A stretch of DNA of 64,000 nt, taken from contig CAYXLR010000001.1 of NCBI GenBank assembly GCA_964466035.1, forward strand, positions 114,130-178,129, in the 5' to 3' direction. Source of the DNA: an uncultured Thermotogae bacterium (GTDB lineage: Bacteria > Bipolaricaulota > Bipolaricaulia > UBA7950 > UBA9294). The translations under genes and the position numbers were made by a program. Every line of letters starts with the position of its first letter. Positions within the stretch are counted from its first letter, which is position 1. Below the pieces are notes generated by a model, which was not told the DNA's origin, made no database searches, and saw nothing but the letters and a program-made list of their open reading frames with translations. Positions 51,132 to 61,202 of this stretch are shown in pieces.

Positions 51132-51249
51132 CCATCGCCCAAGGTCGGCTGCTCGCCAACTCAGGGGAATGCTCCGTGAGGAGCATTCCCCAAGGGACCG
51201 GCCCGGAAGGGGACGGTCCCCGATCGATCGGTATCTACCGGTGTTGTAG
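51108..51249 (+). repeat. Direct repeat of the glnA 3' terminus flanking a hairpin-rich ~90-nt insert
   Basis: The 27-nt codon-aligned tail is copy 1 at 51105-51131 (ATT GAT CGA TAT CTA CCG ATC TTG TAG = IDRYLPIL*) and copy 2 at 51223-51249 (ATC GAT CGG TAT CTA CCG GTG TTG TAG = IDRYLPVL*). Between them: GGGGAATGCTCC-GTGA-GGAGCATTCCCC (51164-51191) and GGGACCG...CGGTCCC with a GGAA loop (51194-51220). Confidence 0.85.
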
Positions 51250-51255
51250 GTCCGG

Positions 51256-51350
51256 CCGGGGACCATCAGGTGATCGAAGCCTCGGAGACGCTCGGCGTCT
51301 TCGGTGGTTGCGGGTCGCGACGTGAAGCCTTCAGGCAACCGATGAGTCAT
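51256..51350 (-). pseudogene. Orphan 5' fragment resembling the start of a GNAT acetyltransferase gene
   Basis: Strong SD (TTAGGAGGCTAG-ATG at 51350), then MTHRLPEGFTSRPATTEDAERLRGFDHLM, a typical GNAT N-terminus. The rest of ORF 51117..51350 runs antisense through the glnA-tail copy and the hairpins, and looks non-coding. Confidence 0.4.
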
Positions 51351-51636
51351 CTAGCCTCCTAAGGGTATGGGAGGCCAGCGGCCGCTACCCGTTGGATAGC
51401 TCGAGAAGAAACTCAGGACGTCCGGAGATCGAACGCTGCTATGCGATTCGTCTCTCGGGAGCGACCGCTGGCACTCGGTTGTTTGCCATACGGATCACCC
51501 CCTTTCGCCCCTGAGGGACGGTCAGATGGGGCGATTCTATCTCGGGGATCGAAGAAGGCAAGCGAGGGCCCTCTGGACTCCGCGTGCATCCGCCGCCGTC
51601 CCCATCGACGCCTGGCCTGCCGCTACCCTGGCCCTC

Positions 51637-52854
51637 CTAGCGCCTCCGACGGCCGCCGTGGCTCGAGTACGAGCGGCCGCGTCCTGCGGAGCTTCGACGA
51701 ACGGCGGGGAACTGCCGCTCGGGTTCGAACCCCGCCCCATAGTTGAAGTCCGGAAGGCGGCGCCGTTCCAGCGCGGTTCCGAGCGCCTTCTCGATCTGGC
51801 GGACCATCAGTCCGTCTCCCCGAACCGCGAGCGTGAAGGCCTCTCCCGTGCGCTCGGCTCGGCCGGTGCGCCCGATCCGGTGGGTGTAGGCATCGACCGT
51901 GTTGGGCATGTCGAAGTTGACCACGTGAGAGATCTCGGACACGTCGATCCCGCGGGCCGCGATGTCCGTCGCCACAAGCACGTCGATCCTTCCTTTGCGG
52001 AAGCCGTCAATCGCCTGCTGTCGCTGACTCTGGCTCATGTTCCCCTGAAGCGCGGCCGCGCGATGTCCGTGCTTCTTCATGTGGTCGGCAAGGTTGCGGG
52101 CGCGGTGCTTGGTGCGCGTGAAGACGAGAACGCGGCCGGTCGACGTCCGTTGAAGCATCGCGATGAGAAGCTCCTTCCGGCGGTCATCCGGCACCGGATA
52201 CAGCGCGTGCGAGACCGTGTCCACCGGAGTCATCGATCCGATCTGCACCGTCTCCGGATCTCCGAGGATCCTGTCGGCGAGGACGCGGATGTCCTTGGGC
52301 ATGGTCGCCGAGAAGAACAGGGTCTGCCGCTTCTCGGGGACCTGCCGGATGATCCGACGGACGTCGGGAAGGAATCCCATGTCGCACATGCGGTCGGCCT
52401 CGTCGAGAACCAGTACCTCCACGTGTGACAGGTCGATCCCGCGTGCGTCGACGTGATCGAGCAACCGCCCCGGGCACGCGACCACGATCTCCGCTCCTCG
52501 CCGCAGTGCCGCGAGCTGTGGCCCCTTGCTCACACCGCCGTAGATCGCGACGCTGCGGATCCCCGTGTCGCGGCCCAACTTGACGATGTCCTGGTGGATC
52601 TGCTCGGCCAGCTCGCGGGTCGGCGCGACGATAAGCCCACGGACCACGCCGCGCGGCCCTTGGCTGAGACGCTGGAGAATCGGCAGCACGAAGGCGGCCG
52701 TCTTCCCCGTTCCTGTCTGGGCGATGCCCAGAAGATCGCGCCCCTGCAGGATGACCGGGATGGCCCTCTCCTGAATCGGTGTGGGGACGCTGAAACCGAT
52801 GGACTTCACTCCGGCGGCAATGCGCCGGTCAAAGCGAAACCGTTCGAAACTCAA
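51637..52854 (-). CDS. DEAD-box ATP-dependent RNA helicase
   Basis: [37 protein letters not shown]; Arg-rich C-terminal tail. TTG 52854 (AAGGAG 8 nt upstream, giving MSFERFRFD...) preferred over the track start 52884. Confidence 0.9.
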   Translation of the reverse strand: MSFERFRFDRRIAAGVKSIGFSVPTPIQERAIPVILQGRDLLGIAQTGTGKTAAFVLPILQRLSQGPRGVVRGLIVAPTRELAEQIHQDIVKLGRDTGIRSVAIYGGVSKGPQLAALRRGAEIVVACPGRLLDHVDARGIDLSHVEVLVLDEADRMCDMGFLPDVRRIIRQVPEKRQTLFFSATMPKDIRVLADRILGDPETVQIGSMTPVDTVSHALYPVPDDRRKELLIAMLQRTSTGRVLVFTRTKHRARNLADHMKKHGHRAAALQGNMSQSQRQQAIDGFRKGRIDVLVATDIAARGIDVSEISHVVNFDMPNTVDAYTHRIGRTGRAERTGEAFTLAVRGDGLMVRQIEKALGTALERRRLPDFNYGAGFEPERQFPAVRRSSAGRGRSYSSHGGRRRR

Positions 52855-53189
52855 TAGGTACACTCCTTGGCTCCGTTGAGCCAAGTCGCACGCTCAGCTC
52901 GGGTCAACCGCAATTCTCGTTTGGGTTGGTATGCGATGGAATTGCTGACGAAACTGGTGCCAAGTATACCGGGTCTGTCTCTGCATCACCAGGTAACTCG
53001 TCCCTGTAGGGAAGCTGAACAGTGAAGCACAGAAGGTCGAGCCCGGCAGAGGCGACAAACGATATGGCCAGTACCGGTGCGCCGGGCGTTGATCAGGGCG
53101 CTGTCGAGTCGATCGCGAGAATGGAGTTCCCCCGCTCCTCCCGCGGGACGCCCACATAGGTCCGGAGGGCTGTGCCCCGGCAGCGAGCC

Positions 53190-53630
53190 TCACTCCGGTG
53201 GGTCCCAGGCGCGGATCCAATCGAACGTCTGGCCATCGAACGTGACGGTGAGTTCGAGAATGTAGTACCGCATGTCCTCTCCGACCAGGATCCACCCCTC
53301 GGCGCCGCCGGTCTGCCGGACGTGCGTCGGTTCGCCGGGGCCGGCCTCCGGATTGGTGATGTCGCGATGAAAGCTCTCTTCCCAGCGGACGCAGGCGGAG
53401 AAGGCCCCCCGCGCCCAGTCGGGGAAGGCCGCGTCGTCCAACGCCCCGACGAGGCGATCCCCTTCGTCCCACGTCACGCGACGGTACAGGTTGTACTCCA
53501 GGCCGGGCTGCATGGCGTAGGCGCGCAGGAGGTCCTGACCGATCCGGATGTACTGGTCGGCATCGGAGGAGGAGCACGCCGCCAGGAACCAGACCGAGAG
53601 CAGCACGAGCGCGAGAGCCGGTCGCTTCAC
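53190..53630 (-). CDS. Hypothetical lipoprotein
   Basis: MKRPALALVLLSVWFLAAC lipobox. 146 aa. No family recognised. Confidence 0.6.
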   Translation of the reverse strand: MKRPALALVLLSVWFLAACSSSDADQYIRIGQDLLRAYAMQPGLEYNLYRRVTWDEGDRLVGALDDAAFPDWARGAFSACVRWEESFHRDITNPEAGPGEPTHVRQTGGAEGWILVGEDMRYYILELTVTFDGQTFDWIRAWDPPE

Positions 53631-53724
53631 ACGAACCTCCTTGCCGATCGTCGCGCGGATCGTCTCGGCTCCGCAGCGGGACGGTGCACGGCGAACTTGT
53701 TCCCGGCGCCGGATTCCCGGCTCC

Positions 53725-54207
53725 CTACCCCTTGTACCCGATTGTCCGGAGGAACGCCTTCCGCTGGGCGATGTCGTCCGGGCCTTCGACGCCCTTCGGC
53801 CTGTCGCCGTCGATGACGCCGAGGATCCCTCGGCCGGATTTGGTCTCCGCGACGACTACTTCGAGAGGATTCGCCGTTGCGCAAAAAATCCGGCAGACCT
53901 CGGGGACCCGCTTCACGGCGTTCATCACGTTGATCGGGAAGGCGTCCTTGAGGAAGACGATGAACGCGTGGCCGGCGCCGATCGCCTCGGCGTTTCGGAT
54001 CGCGAGCGCCTCGAGCTCCTCGTTCGTCCCGGCGTGGCGGATCAGGCACGGCCCGGACGCCTCGCAGAAGGCGAGGCCGAACTGGATCCCGGGGATCGCG
54101 GTGACGAGCGCCTCGTGGAGGTCCTCGACCGTCTTGATGAAGTGCGACTGCCCGAGGATCAGGTTCAGCTCGGCCGGCTTCTCGATCGGGATCAACTTCA
54201 GCTCCAT
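53725..54207 (-). CDS. Adenosine-specific kinase family protein (PF04008-like)
   Basis: GQSHFIKTVEDLHEALV...FGLAFCEASGPCLIRHAGTN...GAGHAFIVFLKDAFPINVMNAVKRVPEVCRIFCATANP matches my recollection of this small conserved family. Confidence 0.6.
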   Translation of the reverse strand: MELKLIPIEKPAELNLILGQSHFIKTVEDLHEALVTAIPGIQFGLAFCEASGPCLIRHAGTNEELEALAIRNAEAIGAGHAFIVFLKDAFPINVMNAVKRVPEVCRIFCATANPLEVVVAETKSGRGILGVIDGDRPKGVEGPDDIAQRKAFLRTIGYKG

Positions 54208-54208
54208 C

Positions 54209-55468
54209 TCACCCTCCTTGGACGGCGTTGACGAGCGCGTCGACGGTCAGCGCGACCTCCCGCTCCTCGCCGGAGTCCATCTCCTTCAATGATGCGCGCG
54301 AAGCGCGCACTTCGTCCTCGCCGGTGACGAGGAGGTATTGGGCGCCGAGCCGGTTCGCCTCGGAGAGCTGCTTGCGGAGCCCGCGATCCCGGTGGTCGAG
54401 CTCGACCGAAAGGCCGGCCCTCCGGAGCTTCTCGGTCAGCTCGAAGGCGAATCGCCGCCCCGCGTCGCCGATCGACGCGAGGAACAGATCGAGCCGGTCC
54501 GGTTCGGGCTGCTTCCCCCGCTCCTCCAGCACCATGACGAGCCGGTCGGTCCCGCCGGCGAAGCCGACGCCTGGGGTCGGCGGCCCGCCGAGCGCCTCGA
54601 CGAGCCCGTCGTACCGGCCGCCGCCGAGGAGGGAGTCCTGGGCGCCGAGGTCGTCGGAGATCAGCTCGAACACGGTCCGGGTGTAGTAGTCGAGACCGCG
54701 GACGAGGTGCGGGTCGATCTCGTAGGAGAGCCCGAGGCGGTCGAGCAGCGCGCGCACTTCGGCGAAGTGCTTGGAGCAGTCCGCGCAGAGGCGGTCGGCC
54801 GAGCCGGGCGCGGTCTCGATGAACGGACGGCACATCGGCTCCTTGCAGTCGAGGATCCGCAGCGGGTTCTCGTCGTAGCGGCGCTGGCAGTCGGCGCACA
54901 TCGAGCCGATCGAATCGGCGAAGTGGGCCCGGAGCGCGGTCTGGTACGCCGCCCGATCGCTCGGGCAGCCGATCGAATTGAGGCGGAGCGACAGCCCGCC
55001 GAGGCCGAGATCGGTCATTAGCGCCCAGGCGAACGCGATCACCTCGACGTCGAGGCTCGGGTCGAGCGAGCCGATCGCCTCGATCCCGTACTGGTGGAAC
55101 TGGCGATACCGGCCCTTCTGCGGCTTCTCGTAGCGGAACATCGGACCGAGGTAGAACCACTTCTGGAACGGCGCGTTCGTCTGGAGCCCGTGTGACAGGT
55201 AGGCGCGGGCGGCCGACGCGGTTCCCTCGGGGCGGAGCGTCAGGGAGCGCCCCTTCTGATCGGGGAAGGTGAACATCTGCTTGGTGACGATCTCGGTCGC
55301 CTCCCCGATCCCGCGGGTGAACAGCTCGGTCTGCTCGACGATCGGGAAGCGGATCTCGCGGTAGTTGTACCGCCGCGCGGTCTCGCGGATCGCTTCCTCC
55401 ACGAGGCGCCACCGACCGATCTCCTCGGGGAGGACATCGTTCATCCCGCGAACGAGCTCGTAGCTCAT
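54209..55468 (-). CDS. hisS: Histidine--tRNA ligase
   Basis: RGMNDVLPEE, LRPEGTASAARA, FRYEKPQKGRYRQFHQ, GGGRYDGL. ATGA overlap with the ribH stop. Confidence 0.95.
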   Translation of the reverse strand: MSYELVRGMNDVLPEEIGRWRLVEEAIRETARRYNYREIRFPIVEQTELFTRGIGEATEIVTKQMFTFPDQKGRSLTLRPEGTASAARAYLSHGLQTNAPFQKWFYLGPMFRYEKPQKGRYRQFHQYGIEAIGSLDPSLDVEVIAFAWALMTDLGLGGLSLRLNSIGCPSDRAAYQTALRAHFADSIGSMCADCQRRYDENPLRILDCKEPMCRPFIETAPGSADRLCADCSKHFAEVRALLDRLGLSYEIDPHLVRGLDYYTRTVFELISDDLGAQDSLLGGGRYDGLVEALGGPPTPGVGFAGGTDRLVMVLEERGKQPEPDRLDLFLASIGDAGRRFAFELTEKLRRAGLSVELDHRDRGLRKQLSEANRLGAQYLLVTGEDEVRASRASLKEMDSGEEREVALTVDALVNAVQGG

Positions 55469-55932
55469 TGCACTTCGCGGAGGACGTTGACCATCTCGAT
55501 CAGGCTCTCGGCGGCCTGGGCGCCTTTGTTGCCGGCCTTCGTCCCGGCCCGCTCGATCGCCTGATCGACGGTGTCGGCGGTGATCACGCCGAACGTCACC
55601 GGGACCGACGCGTCGAGGTTGACGCGGGCGAGCCCCTTGCTCACCTCGCTGGCGATGTACTCGAAGTGCGGCGTCGCCCCGCGGATGACGGCGGCGAGCG
55701 CGATGACCCCGTCGTACCGACCGGTGTCGGCCATCACCTTGGCCGCCTTCGGGACCTCGAACGCGCCGGGGACGCGGCAGACGTCGACCGCGTCGTCGGC
55801 CACGTTCGAGCGACGGAGCCGATCGAGCGCCCCCTCGAGCAGGCGCTCGGTGATCAGGTTGTTGAATCGGCTGACGGCGATGCCGACGCGGAGGCCGCTG
55901 CCGTCGAGCTTCCCTTCGTAGACCGCTCCCAT
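55465..55932 (-). CDS. ribH: 6,7-dimethyl-8-ribityllumazine synthase
   Basis: GIAVSRFNNLITERLLEGA..., VPGAFEVP, IRGATPHFEYIA. 155 aa. Confidence 0.95.
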   Translation of the reverse strand: MGAVYEGKLDGSGLRVGIAVSRFNNLITERLLEGALDRLRRSNVADDAVDVCRVPGAFEVPKAAKVMADTGRYDGVIALAAVIRGATPHFEYIASEVSKGLARVNLDASVPVTFGVITADTVDQAIERAGTKAGNKGAQAAESLIEMVNVLREVQ

Positions 55933-55968
55933 GGCTCCCTCCTCGGGATTCCTCTTGCTGCGTAGGCT

Positions 55969-57168
55969 TCAGACTTCGGTTAACTGGTGACCGAGCTTCT
56001 CCTTCTTGGTCCTGAGGTACTCACGATTGTACTCGTTGGGCGGGATCTCGATCGGGATCTGCTCGACGACGGTCAGCCCGTAGCCGGAGAGGCCGACGAC
56101 CTTCTTCGGGTTGTTCGTCAACAGGCGGATGGTCGAAAGGCCGAGCTCGCAGAGGATCTGCGCGCCGATCCCGTAGTCGCGCAGGTCGGCGTCGAAGCCG
56201 AGGTGCTCGTTCGCCTCCACCGTGTCGAGCCCCCGATCCTGGAGCTGGTAGGCGCAGACCTTGTTCTTCAGCCCGATCCCGCGCCCCTCCTGGCGCATGT
56301 AGACGACCACGCCGAGCCCTTCCTCCTCGATCCGTTCCAGGGCGTGTTGGAGCTGGGCGCCGCAGTCGCAGCGGAACGAACCGAAGACGTCGCCGGTCAG
56401 ACACTCGGAGTGGACCCGGACGAGGACGTTCTCCTTCCCGGAGACGTCCCCCTTCACCAGGGCGACGTGCTCCTCGTCCTCGATCGGGCTGGTGTAGCTG
56501 ACGATCTTAAACGTCCCGAACCGGGTCGGGAGCGCGGCCTCGGCGACCCGCTCGATCAGCCGCTCGGTCCGCTTTCGATACGCGATCAGATCGGCGATGT
56601 TGACGAGCGAAAGGCCGTGTTTCTCGGCGAACGGCTCCAGCTGCGGCAGCCGGGCCATCGTTCCGTCGTCGTTCAGGATTTCGCAGAGGACGGCCACCGG
56701 CTTCAACCCGGCGAGCCGCGCCAGATCGACGGTCGCCTCGGTGTGCCCCGCCCGTCGGAGGACGCCGCCGTCCCGGGCGGTCAGCGGAAAGACGTGGCCG
56801 GGAAGCGCGAGGTCGTCGGGGCGGGTCGCCTCGTCGGTCAGCAGACGGATCGTGTGGGCGCGGTCGTAGGCGGAGATCCCGGTCGCGATCCCGTTCTTCG
56901 CGTCGACCGAGACGGTGAAGTGCGTCCCGTGCAGCGCGGTGTTCTCCGGACACATCGGGCCGAGGCCGAGGGCGCGGGCCCGCTCCTCGGTGATCGGCAT
57001 GCAGACGAGACCTCGACCGTGCGTGATCATGAAGTTGACCGCGTCCGCGGTGGCGTGCTCGGCGGCGATCACGAGGTCGCCTTCGTTCTCGCGGTTCTCG
57101 TCGTCGACGAGGATCAGCATCTCGCCGGCGCCGTACTTCCGGATCGCTTCCTTAATCGTGATGAACAA
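55969..57168 (-). CDS. ribBA: Bifunctional 3,4-dihydroxy-2-butanone-4-phosphate synthase / GTP cyclohydrolase II
   Basis: [22 protein letters not shown] (DHBP synthase half). [28 protein letters not shown] (GCH II half). Confidence 0.95.
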   Translation of the reverse strand: MFITIKEAIRKYGAGEMLILVDDENRENEGDLVIAAEHATADAVNFMITHGRGLVCMPITEERARALGLGPMCPENTALHGTHFTVSVDAKNGIATGISAYDRAHTIRLLTDEATRPDDLALPGHVFPLTARDGGVLRRAGHTEATVDLARLAGLKPVAVLCEILNDDGTMARLPQLEPFAEKHGLSLVNIADLIAYRKRTERLIERVAEAALPTRFGTFKIVSYTSPIEDEEHVALVKGDVSGKENVLVRVHSECLTGDVFGSFRCDCGAQLQHALERIEEEGLGVVVYMRQEGRGIGLKNKVCAYQLQDRGLDTVEANEHLGFDADLRDYGIGAQILCELGLSTIRLLTNNPKKVVGLSGYGLTVVEQIPIEIPPNEYNREYLRTKKEKLGHQLTEV

Positions 57169-57742
57169 ACGGCATCATCCTTTCGACGTACTTCGCCAGG
57201 ACATCGAACTCGAGGTTCACCGGATCCCCGCTCTTCCGATCCTGCATCGTCGTCTTCTCGTAGGTCTCCGGGACGATCGAGCACCGGAACGAGTTTCCGT
57301 CGATCCCGTAGCTCGTCAGGCTGATCCCGTCGACCGCGATCGAGCCCTTCTCGACCACGTACCGGAGGTACGCCCCCGGGTACGAGACGATCAAGATCCA
57401 GTCCCTCTCCCCCCGGTACAGCGCGCCGATCCGCCCGACCGCGTCGACGTGCCCGAGGACCCAGTGCCCGTCGAGGCCGTCGCCCGGTCGTACCGGGAGC
57501 TCCAGGTTGACCCGCGCGCCGGCGCGCAGCCCGCCGAGCGTCGTCCGCGCCGCCGTTTCTCTCGACAGGTCGGCGCGAAAGGCAACGTCGGCCAGCTCGC
57601 GGACCGTCAGGCAGACCCCGTTCACCGCGACGCTCGCCCCGATCTCGAGGCGATCGCACATCCGATCGGGGAACTCGATCTCCATCGCCCCGGCGCGCGA
57701 CGACCGGAGTTGTCCGAGGCCTTGCACAACGCCCGTAAACAT
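57152..57742 (-). CDS. ribE: Riboflavin synthase alpha chain
   Basis: [10 protein letters not shown]..., two lumazine-binding repeats ([13 protein letters not shown] / [11 protein letters not shown]). 17-nt overlap with ribBA. Confidence 0.9.
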   Translation of the reverse strand: MFTGVVQGLGQLRSSRAGAMEIEFPDRMCDRLEIGASVAVNGVCLTVRELADVAFRADLSRETAARTTLGGLRAGARVNLELPVRPGDGLDGHWVLGHVDAVGRIGALYRGERDWILIVSYPGAYLRYVVEKGSIAVDGISLTSYGIDGNSFRCSIVPETYEKTTMQDRKSGDPVNLEFDVLAKYVERMMPFVHHD

Positions 57743-57833
57743 CGGCGAGGCGCAGTGTACCGCGGTCGAACCCCCTGTTCAACGGAGTTGCGCGCGTTTC
57801 TCGCCCACGATACCCTTTTCGAAGGAGGTCATC

Positions 57834-59414
57834 GTGGGAACGAAGCCAGTACGCTATGGAACGGTAGCGGTTCTTTTTCTTTTCCTGTCGCTTTGCGCCG
57901 CCGCGGCCGAGTTGGAGATCACCTTCGACGTCACCGAGCGGGAGGGGTACCGGGAGCTGATCGTCGTGACGCCCCTCGCCAACTACCTCTTCTCCGAGGA
58001 CGGCGGCACGCTTCGGAGCGTCCTACTGACGTTCGCCCCGTACGGCTCCGACGTCGAGGAGCTGGTCTACGGGACGACGTCCGACACGACGACCTTCGCC
58101 CGGCGGTACACGGTCGACGCGGAGTTCCCGTTCAACCTGAGCGGTGAAGGTTCCGAGGGGACGTACACGCTCCACGAGCCCGAGCGGACCGACTCCAACG
58201 CGCTCGTCGTCACGTTCACCGGCGAGCTGGACGGCTACACGGTGATCAAGCGGTTCACGATCGAGCCGGACGCGCTGTACGACATGAGCGTCGAGGTCGA
58301 GATCGCGCCACGGGCGCCGGCCGGAGAGGACGCCGCCGTGCCCGAGCTCGCGATGACCGTCCATAAGTACATCCTGCAGGAGAAGGGGCGGCAGCTTCAC
58401 TACCTGTTCGACGGCGAGCCTTCGCCGGCGATGCTCGCGCCCGGCTCGTACTTCTCGTTCGACGGGCTCGGCCTGATGGACAACGAGATCGTCTTCTTCC
58501 TCATCCCGGACGAGGGCACGGCGGTCGATCCGTTCGCCGAGGCGACGGCGTCGGGAAGCTGGCGGTTCGGCGTGAAACTTCCGGCGACGGAGGGGACGTC
58601 GACCTACCGGTTCACGCTGTACGGCGGGCGCCGCCGCTTCCTGCTGATGGAGGCCGTCGGGATTGAGGCGCTCGACGAGCCGGGCATCGGCGCGCGGGCG
58701 ATGGTGCTCGTGATCCGGTTTCTCGACCTCCTGTATCGCCACACCGGCAACTACGGATGGGCGATCATCCTGTTCACCCTGATGACCCGGATCGTCCTCT
58801 TCCCGTTGATGCGGAAGCAGTACCACTCGATCGCGAAGACCCAGCGGATCCAGCCGCGGCTGAAGCGGATCCAAGAGCGGTACAAGGACGACCGCCAGCT
58901 GATGCAGCAGAAGGTCCTCGAGGTCTACAAGAAAGAGGGCGTCAACCCGATGGGCGGCTGCCTCCCGATGCTGATCCAGCTTCCGATCATCTTCATCATC
59001 TGGCGCGCGCTGCTGTACGCGAGCCCGCAGATCCACATCTCGCCCAGCTTCCTCTGGATCCCGGACCTGAGCGTTCACGACCCGTACTTGATCCTCGTCA
59101 TCCTGACGACCCTGATCATGCTCGTCCAGCAGCGATTCATGTCCCCGATGCCGACCGGCGACGCGAAGGGGATCCAGAAGTACATGGGCTACTTCTTCCC
59201 GTTGATCATGGGCGTCCTGTTGTGGCGCTTCCCGGCCGGCCTTTGGCTGTACTACCTCCTGACCACCGCGGCCCAGGTCGGGCAGCAGGCGTTCGTCAAC
59301 TGGGAGCTGGCGCGGGCCGAAGGCGGGACGTTCGCCGCTCCGGTCGAGGACGTCCTGGACGTGGAGGAAGCCGAGGAGAGCGATGGAGACGAAGGCGCTT
59401 CAGCAGGAGGTTGA
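57834..59414 (+). CDS. yidC: Membrane protein insertase YidC
   Basis: ORF track 57507..59414 trimmed to GTG 57834 (GAAGGAGG 5 nt upstream). Large periplasmic domain, then YGWAIILFTLMTRIVLFPL, NPMGGCLPMLIQLPI. Confidence 0.9.
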   Translation: MGTKPVRYGTVAVLFLFLSLCAAAAELEITFDVTEREGYRELIVVTPLANYLFSEDGGTLRSVLLTFAPYGSDVEELVYGTTSDTTTFARRYTVDAEFPFNLSGEGSEGTYTLHEPERTDSNALVVTFTGELDGYTVIKRFTIEPDALYDMSVEVEIAPRAPAGEDAAVPELAMTVHKYILQEKGRQLHYLFDGEPSPAMLAPGSYFSFDGLGLMDNEIVFFLIPDEGTAVDPFAEATASGSWRFGVKLPATEGTSTYRFTLYGGRRRFLLMEAVGIEALDEPGIGARAMVLVIRFLDLLYRHTGNYGWAIILFTLMTRIVLFPLMRKQYHSIAKTQRIQPRLKRIQERYKDDRQLMQQKVLEVYKKEGVNPMGGCLPMLIQLPIIFIIWRALLYASPQIHISPSFLWIPDLSVHDPYLILVILTTLIMLVQQRFMSPMPTGDAKGIQKYMGYFFPLIMGVLLWRFPAGLWLYYLLTTAAQVGQQAFVNWELARAEGGTFAAPVEDVLDVEEAEESDGDEGASAGG

Positions 59415-59844
59415 GGCCTACCTCCGAGAGCTTCTCACCGTCCTCGAAGAGGACGCGACGTTCAAGGTCGAACCGTCGTCCGATCCCGAGGGGCTCTACG
59501 TCAATCTCGAGGGGAGCCTGTTCTCGCTTCCGGAGGACCGGGCCGCCCTCACGGCGTTGGAGCTTCTCCTCCGCGGCGCGCTCCGCCGGAAGTCGGGTCA
59601 GGAAATCGAGATCGTCCTCGACGTCAACGGGGCGGTGAAGCGGCGTCGGGCGGAGCTCATCCGATTCGCGTTGACCAAGGCGGAGGACGTCCGGCGCGAC
59701 CGGAAGCGGATCCGCCTGAACCCGATGCCGGCCCACGAGCGGCGAACGATCCACGTCACGTTGGCCAACGTCCCCGGCGTGCAGACGCGGAGCATCGGCG
59801 AAGGGGACGAGCGGCGGGTGTTGATCGAGCCGGAAGACGCCTGA
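59383..59844 (+). CDS. jag: Jag/KhpB RNA-binding protein (KH + R3H domains)
   Basis: Follows yidC with a 32-nt overlap. C-terminal LNPMPAHERRTIHVTLANVPGVQTRSIGEGDERRVLI (R3H). Confidence 0.85.
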   Translation: METKALQQEVEAYLRELLTVLEEDATFKVEPSSDPEGLYVNLEGSLFSLPEDRAALTALELLLRGALRRKSGQEIEIVLDVNGAVKRRRAELIRFALTKAEDVRRDRKRIRLNPMPAHERRTIHVTLANVPGVQTRSIGEGDERRVLIEPEDA

Positions 59845-61202
59845 TGGGCGAAGGCACCATCGCCGCGGTTTCCACCCCCCTCGGCGAGGGGGGGATTGGG
59901 ATCGTCCGGCTGACCGGTCCGGACGCGATCGGCATCGTCGCCGGCCTGTTCCGTTCCGCCCAGGGCGACGCTCTGCAGGACGCGCCGAGCCACACCCTTC
60001 ACTACGGCAGGATCGTCGTCGGGGATCGCCCGATCGACGAGGCCCTCGTTTCGGTCATGCGGGCGCCGCGAACGTACACGCGGGAGGATGTCGTGGAGAT
60101 CAACTGCCACGGCGGGATCGTCGCGACGCGAGCGGTCCTCGACGCCGTCCTCGCCGCCGGGGCGCGGATGGCCGAGCGGGGCGAGTTCACCAAGCGCGCG
60201 TTCCTCAACGGCCGGATCTCGCTCGACCAGGCGAAGGCGGTCCTCGACGTGGTGCGGGCGCGGACGATCCTCGGCCTCGAGGCGGCCGTCGATCGGCTCG
60301 GCGGGCGATTCTCGGACGCGCTGGAGGAGATCCGGGGCGAACTCGCCGGAATCCTCGCCGACCTCGAGGTCGAGATCGACTACCCGGACCTCGACGTCGA
60401 CGTCGAGTCCGCCCTCCCGCGGATCGAGGCGCTCTCCCGGCGCGTCGGTCGGCTCCTCGCCCGGGGCGAGCAAGGACGGATCCTCCGCGAGGGACTGACG
60501 ATCGCGATCGTCGGTCGCCCGAACGTCGGGAAGTCGACGCTCCTGAACGCCCTCCTCGCGGAGGAGCGTGCGATCGTGACGCCGATCCCAGGGACGACCC
60601 GCGACACGGTCGAGGAGGAGGCGTCGCTGCACGGAATCCCGGTCCGCTGGATCGACACGGCCGGCCTCAGGGAGCCGGGCGATCCGGTCGAGGCGGAGGG
60701 GGTTCGGCGGACGCAGGGAGCGATCGATCGGTCCGACCTCGTCCTCTGTCTCGTCGACCGGAGCGAACCGCTCACCGAGGAGGATCGGGAGATCCTCGGC
60801 CGGGAATGGGGCGTCCCCTCGATCCTGGTCGTCAACAAGGTCGACCTGCCGGACCGCCTCGGCGAGCCGGTCGCGGGCCCGTGGTTCGAGCGTCTCGACG
60901 TCTCGGCGAAGACCGGAGACGGGATCGACGGGCTGCGGGACGCGATTCTCGAGCGGCTGGTCGGCGGGGAGCTGCCGACCCGCAACTCGGTCCTCCTTCT
61001 GGGCTCTTGGGAGCGCGACCTGATCCGGCGGGCCGGCGAAGCGCTCCGCCGGGCGGCGGAGACGGCGCGCGTCGGGCACACGCCGGACATGATCGCCGAG
61101 GAGCTGCGCACCGCCTATCGGACGGCCGGCGAGATGCAGGGGATCGACGTCGGCGAATCGATCCTCGACGCCGTCTTCTCCCGCTTCTGCGTCGGCAAGT
61201 AA
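59844..61202 (+). CDS. mnmE: tRNA modification GTPase MnmE
   Basis: IAAVSTPLGEGGIGIVRLTG, GRPNVGKSTLLNAL, DTAGLR. C-terminal FCVGK (the conserved C-[IV]-G-K end). TGATG overlap with the jag stop. Confidence 0.95.
   Translation: MGEGTIAAVSTPLGEGGIGIVRLTGPDAIGIVAGLFRSAQGDALQDAPSHTLHYGRIVVGDRPIDEALVSVMRAPRTYTREDVVEINCHGGIVATRAVLDAVLAAGARMAERGEFTKRAFLNGRISLDQAKAVLDVVRARTILGLEAAVDRLGGRFSDALEEIRGELAGILADLEVEIDYPDLDVDVESALPRIEALSRRVGRLLARGEQGRILREGLTIAIVGRPNVGKSTLLNALLAEERAIVTPIPGTTRDTVEEEASLHGIPVRWIDTAGLREPGDPVEAEGVRRTQGAIDRSDLVLCLVDRSEPLTEEDREILGREWGVPSILVVNKVDLPDRLGEPVAGPWFERLDVSAKTGDGIDGLRDAILERLVGGELPTRNSVLLLGSWERDLIRRAGEALRRAAETARVGHTPDMIAEELRTAYRTAGEMQGIDVGESILDAVFSRFCVGK

Noticed and set aside
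51117-51350. The 77-aa ORF as an intact small protein
   Set aside because: Only the first ~29 residues look protein-like (GNAT-type). The remainder is the reverse complement of the glnA-tail echo and the two hairpins. It is annotated instead as a probable gene fragment.
57743-57833. FMN riboswitch upstream of ribE-ribBA-ribH
   Set aside because: Only 91 nt separate ribE from the divergent yidC start. That is too short for an RFN element, and none of its conserved segments is visible. ribD is also absent from this operon.
57743-61202. Replication origin or DnaA-box cluster near yidC-jag-mnmE
   Set aside because: No rpmH/rnpA/dnaA/dnaN genes are in the window. I found no clustered TTATCCACA-like boxes in the adjacent spacers. 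A lone TTCTCCACA at ~43020 lies inside ctpA.
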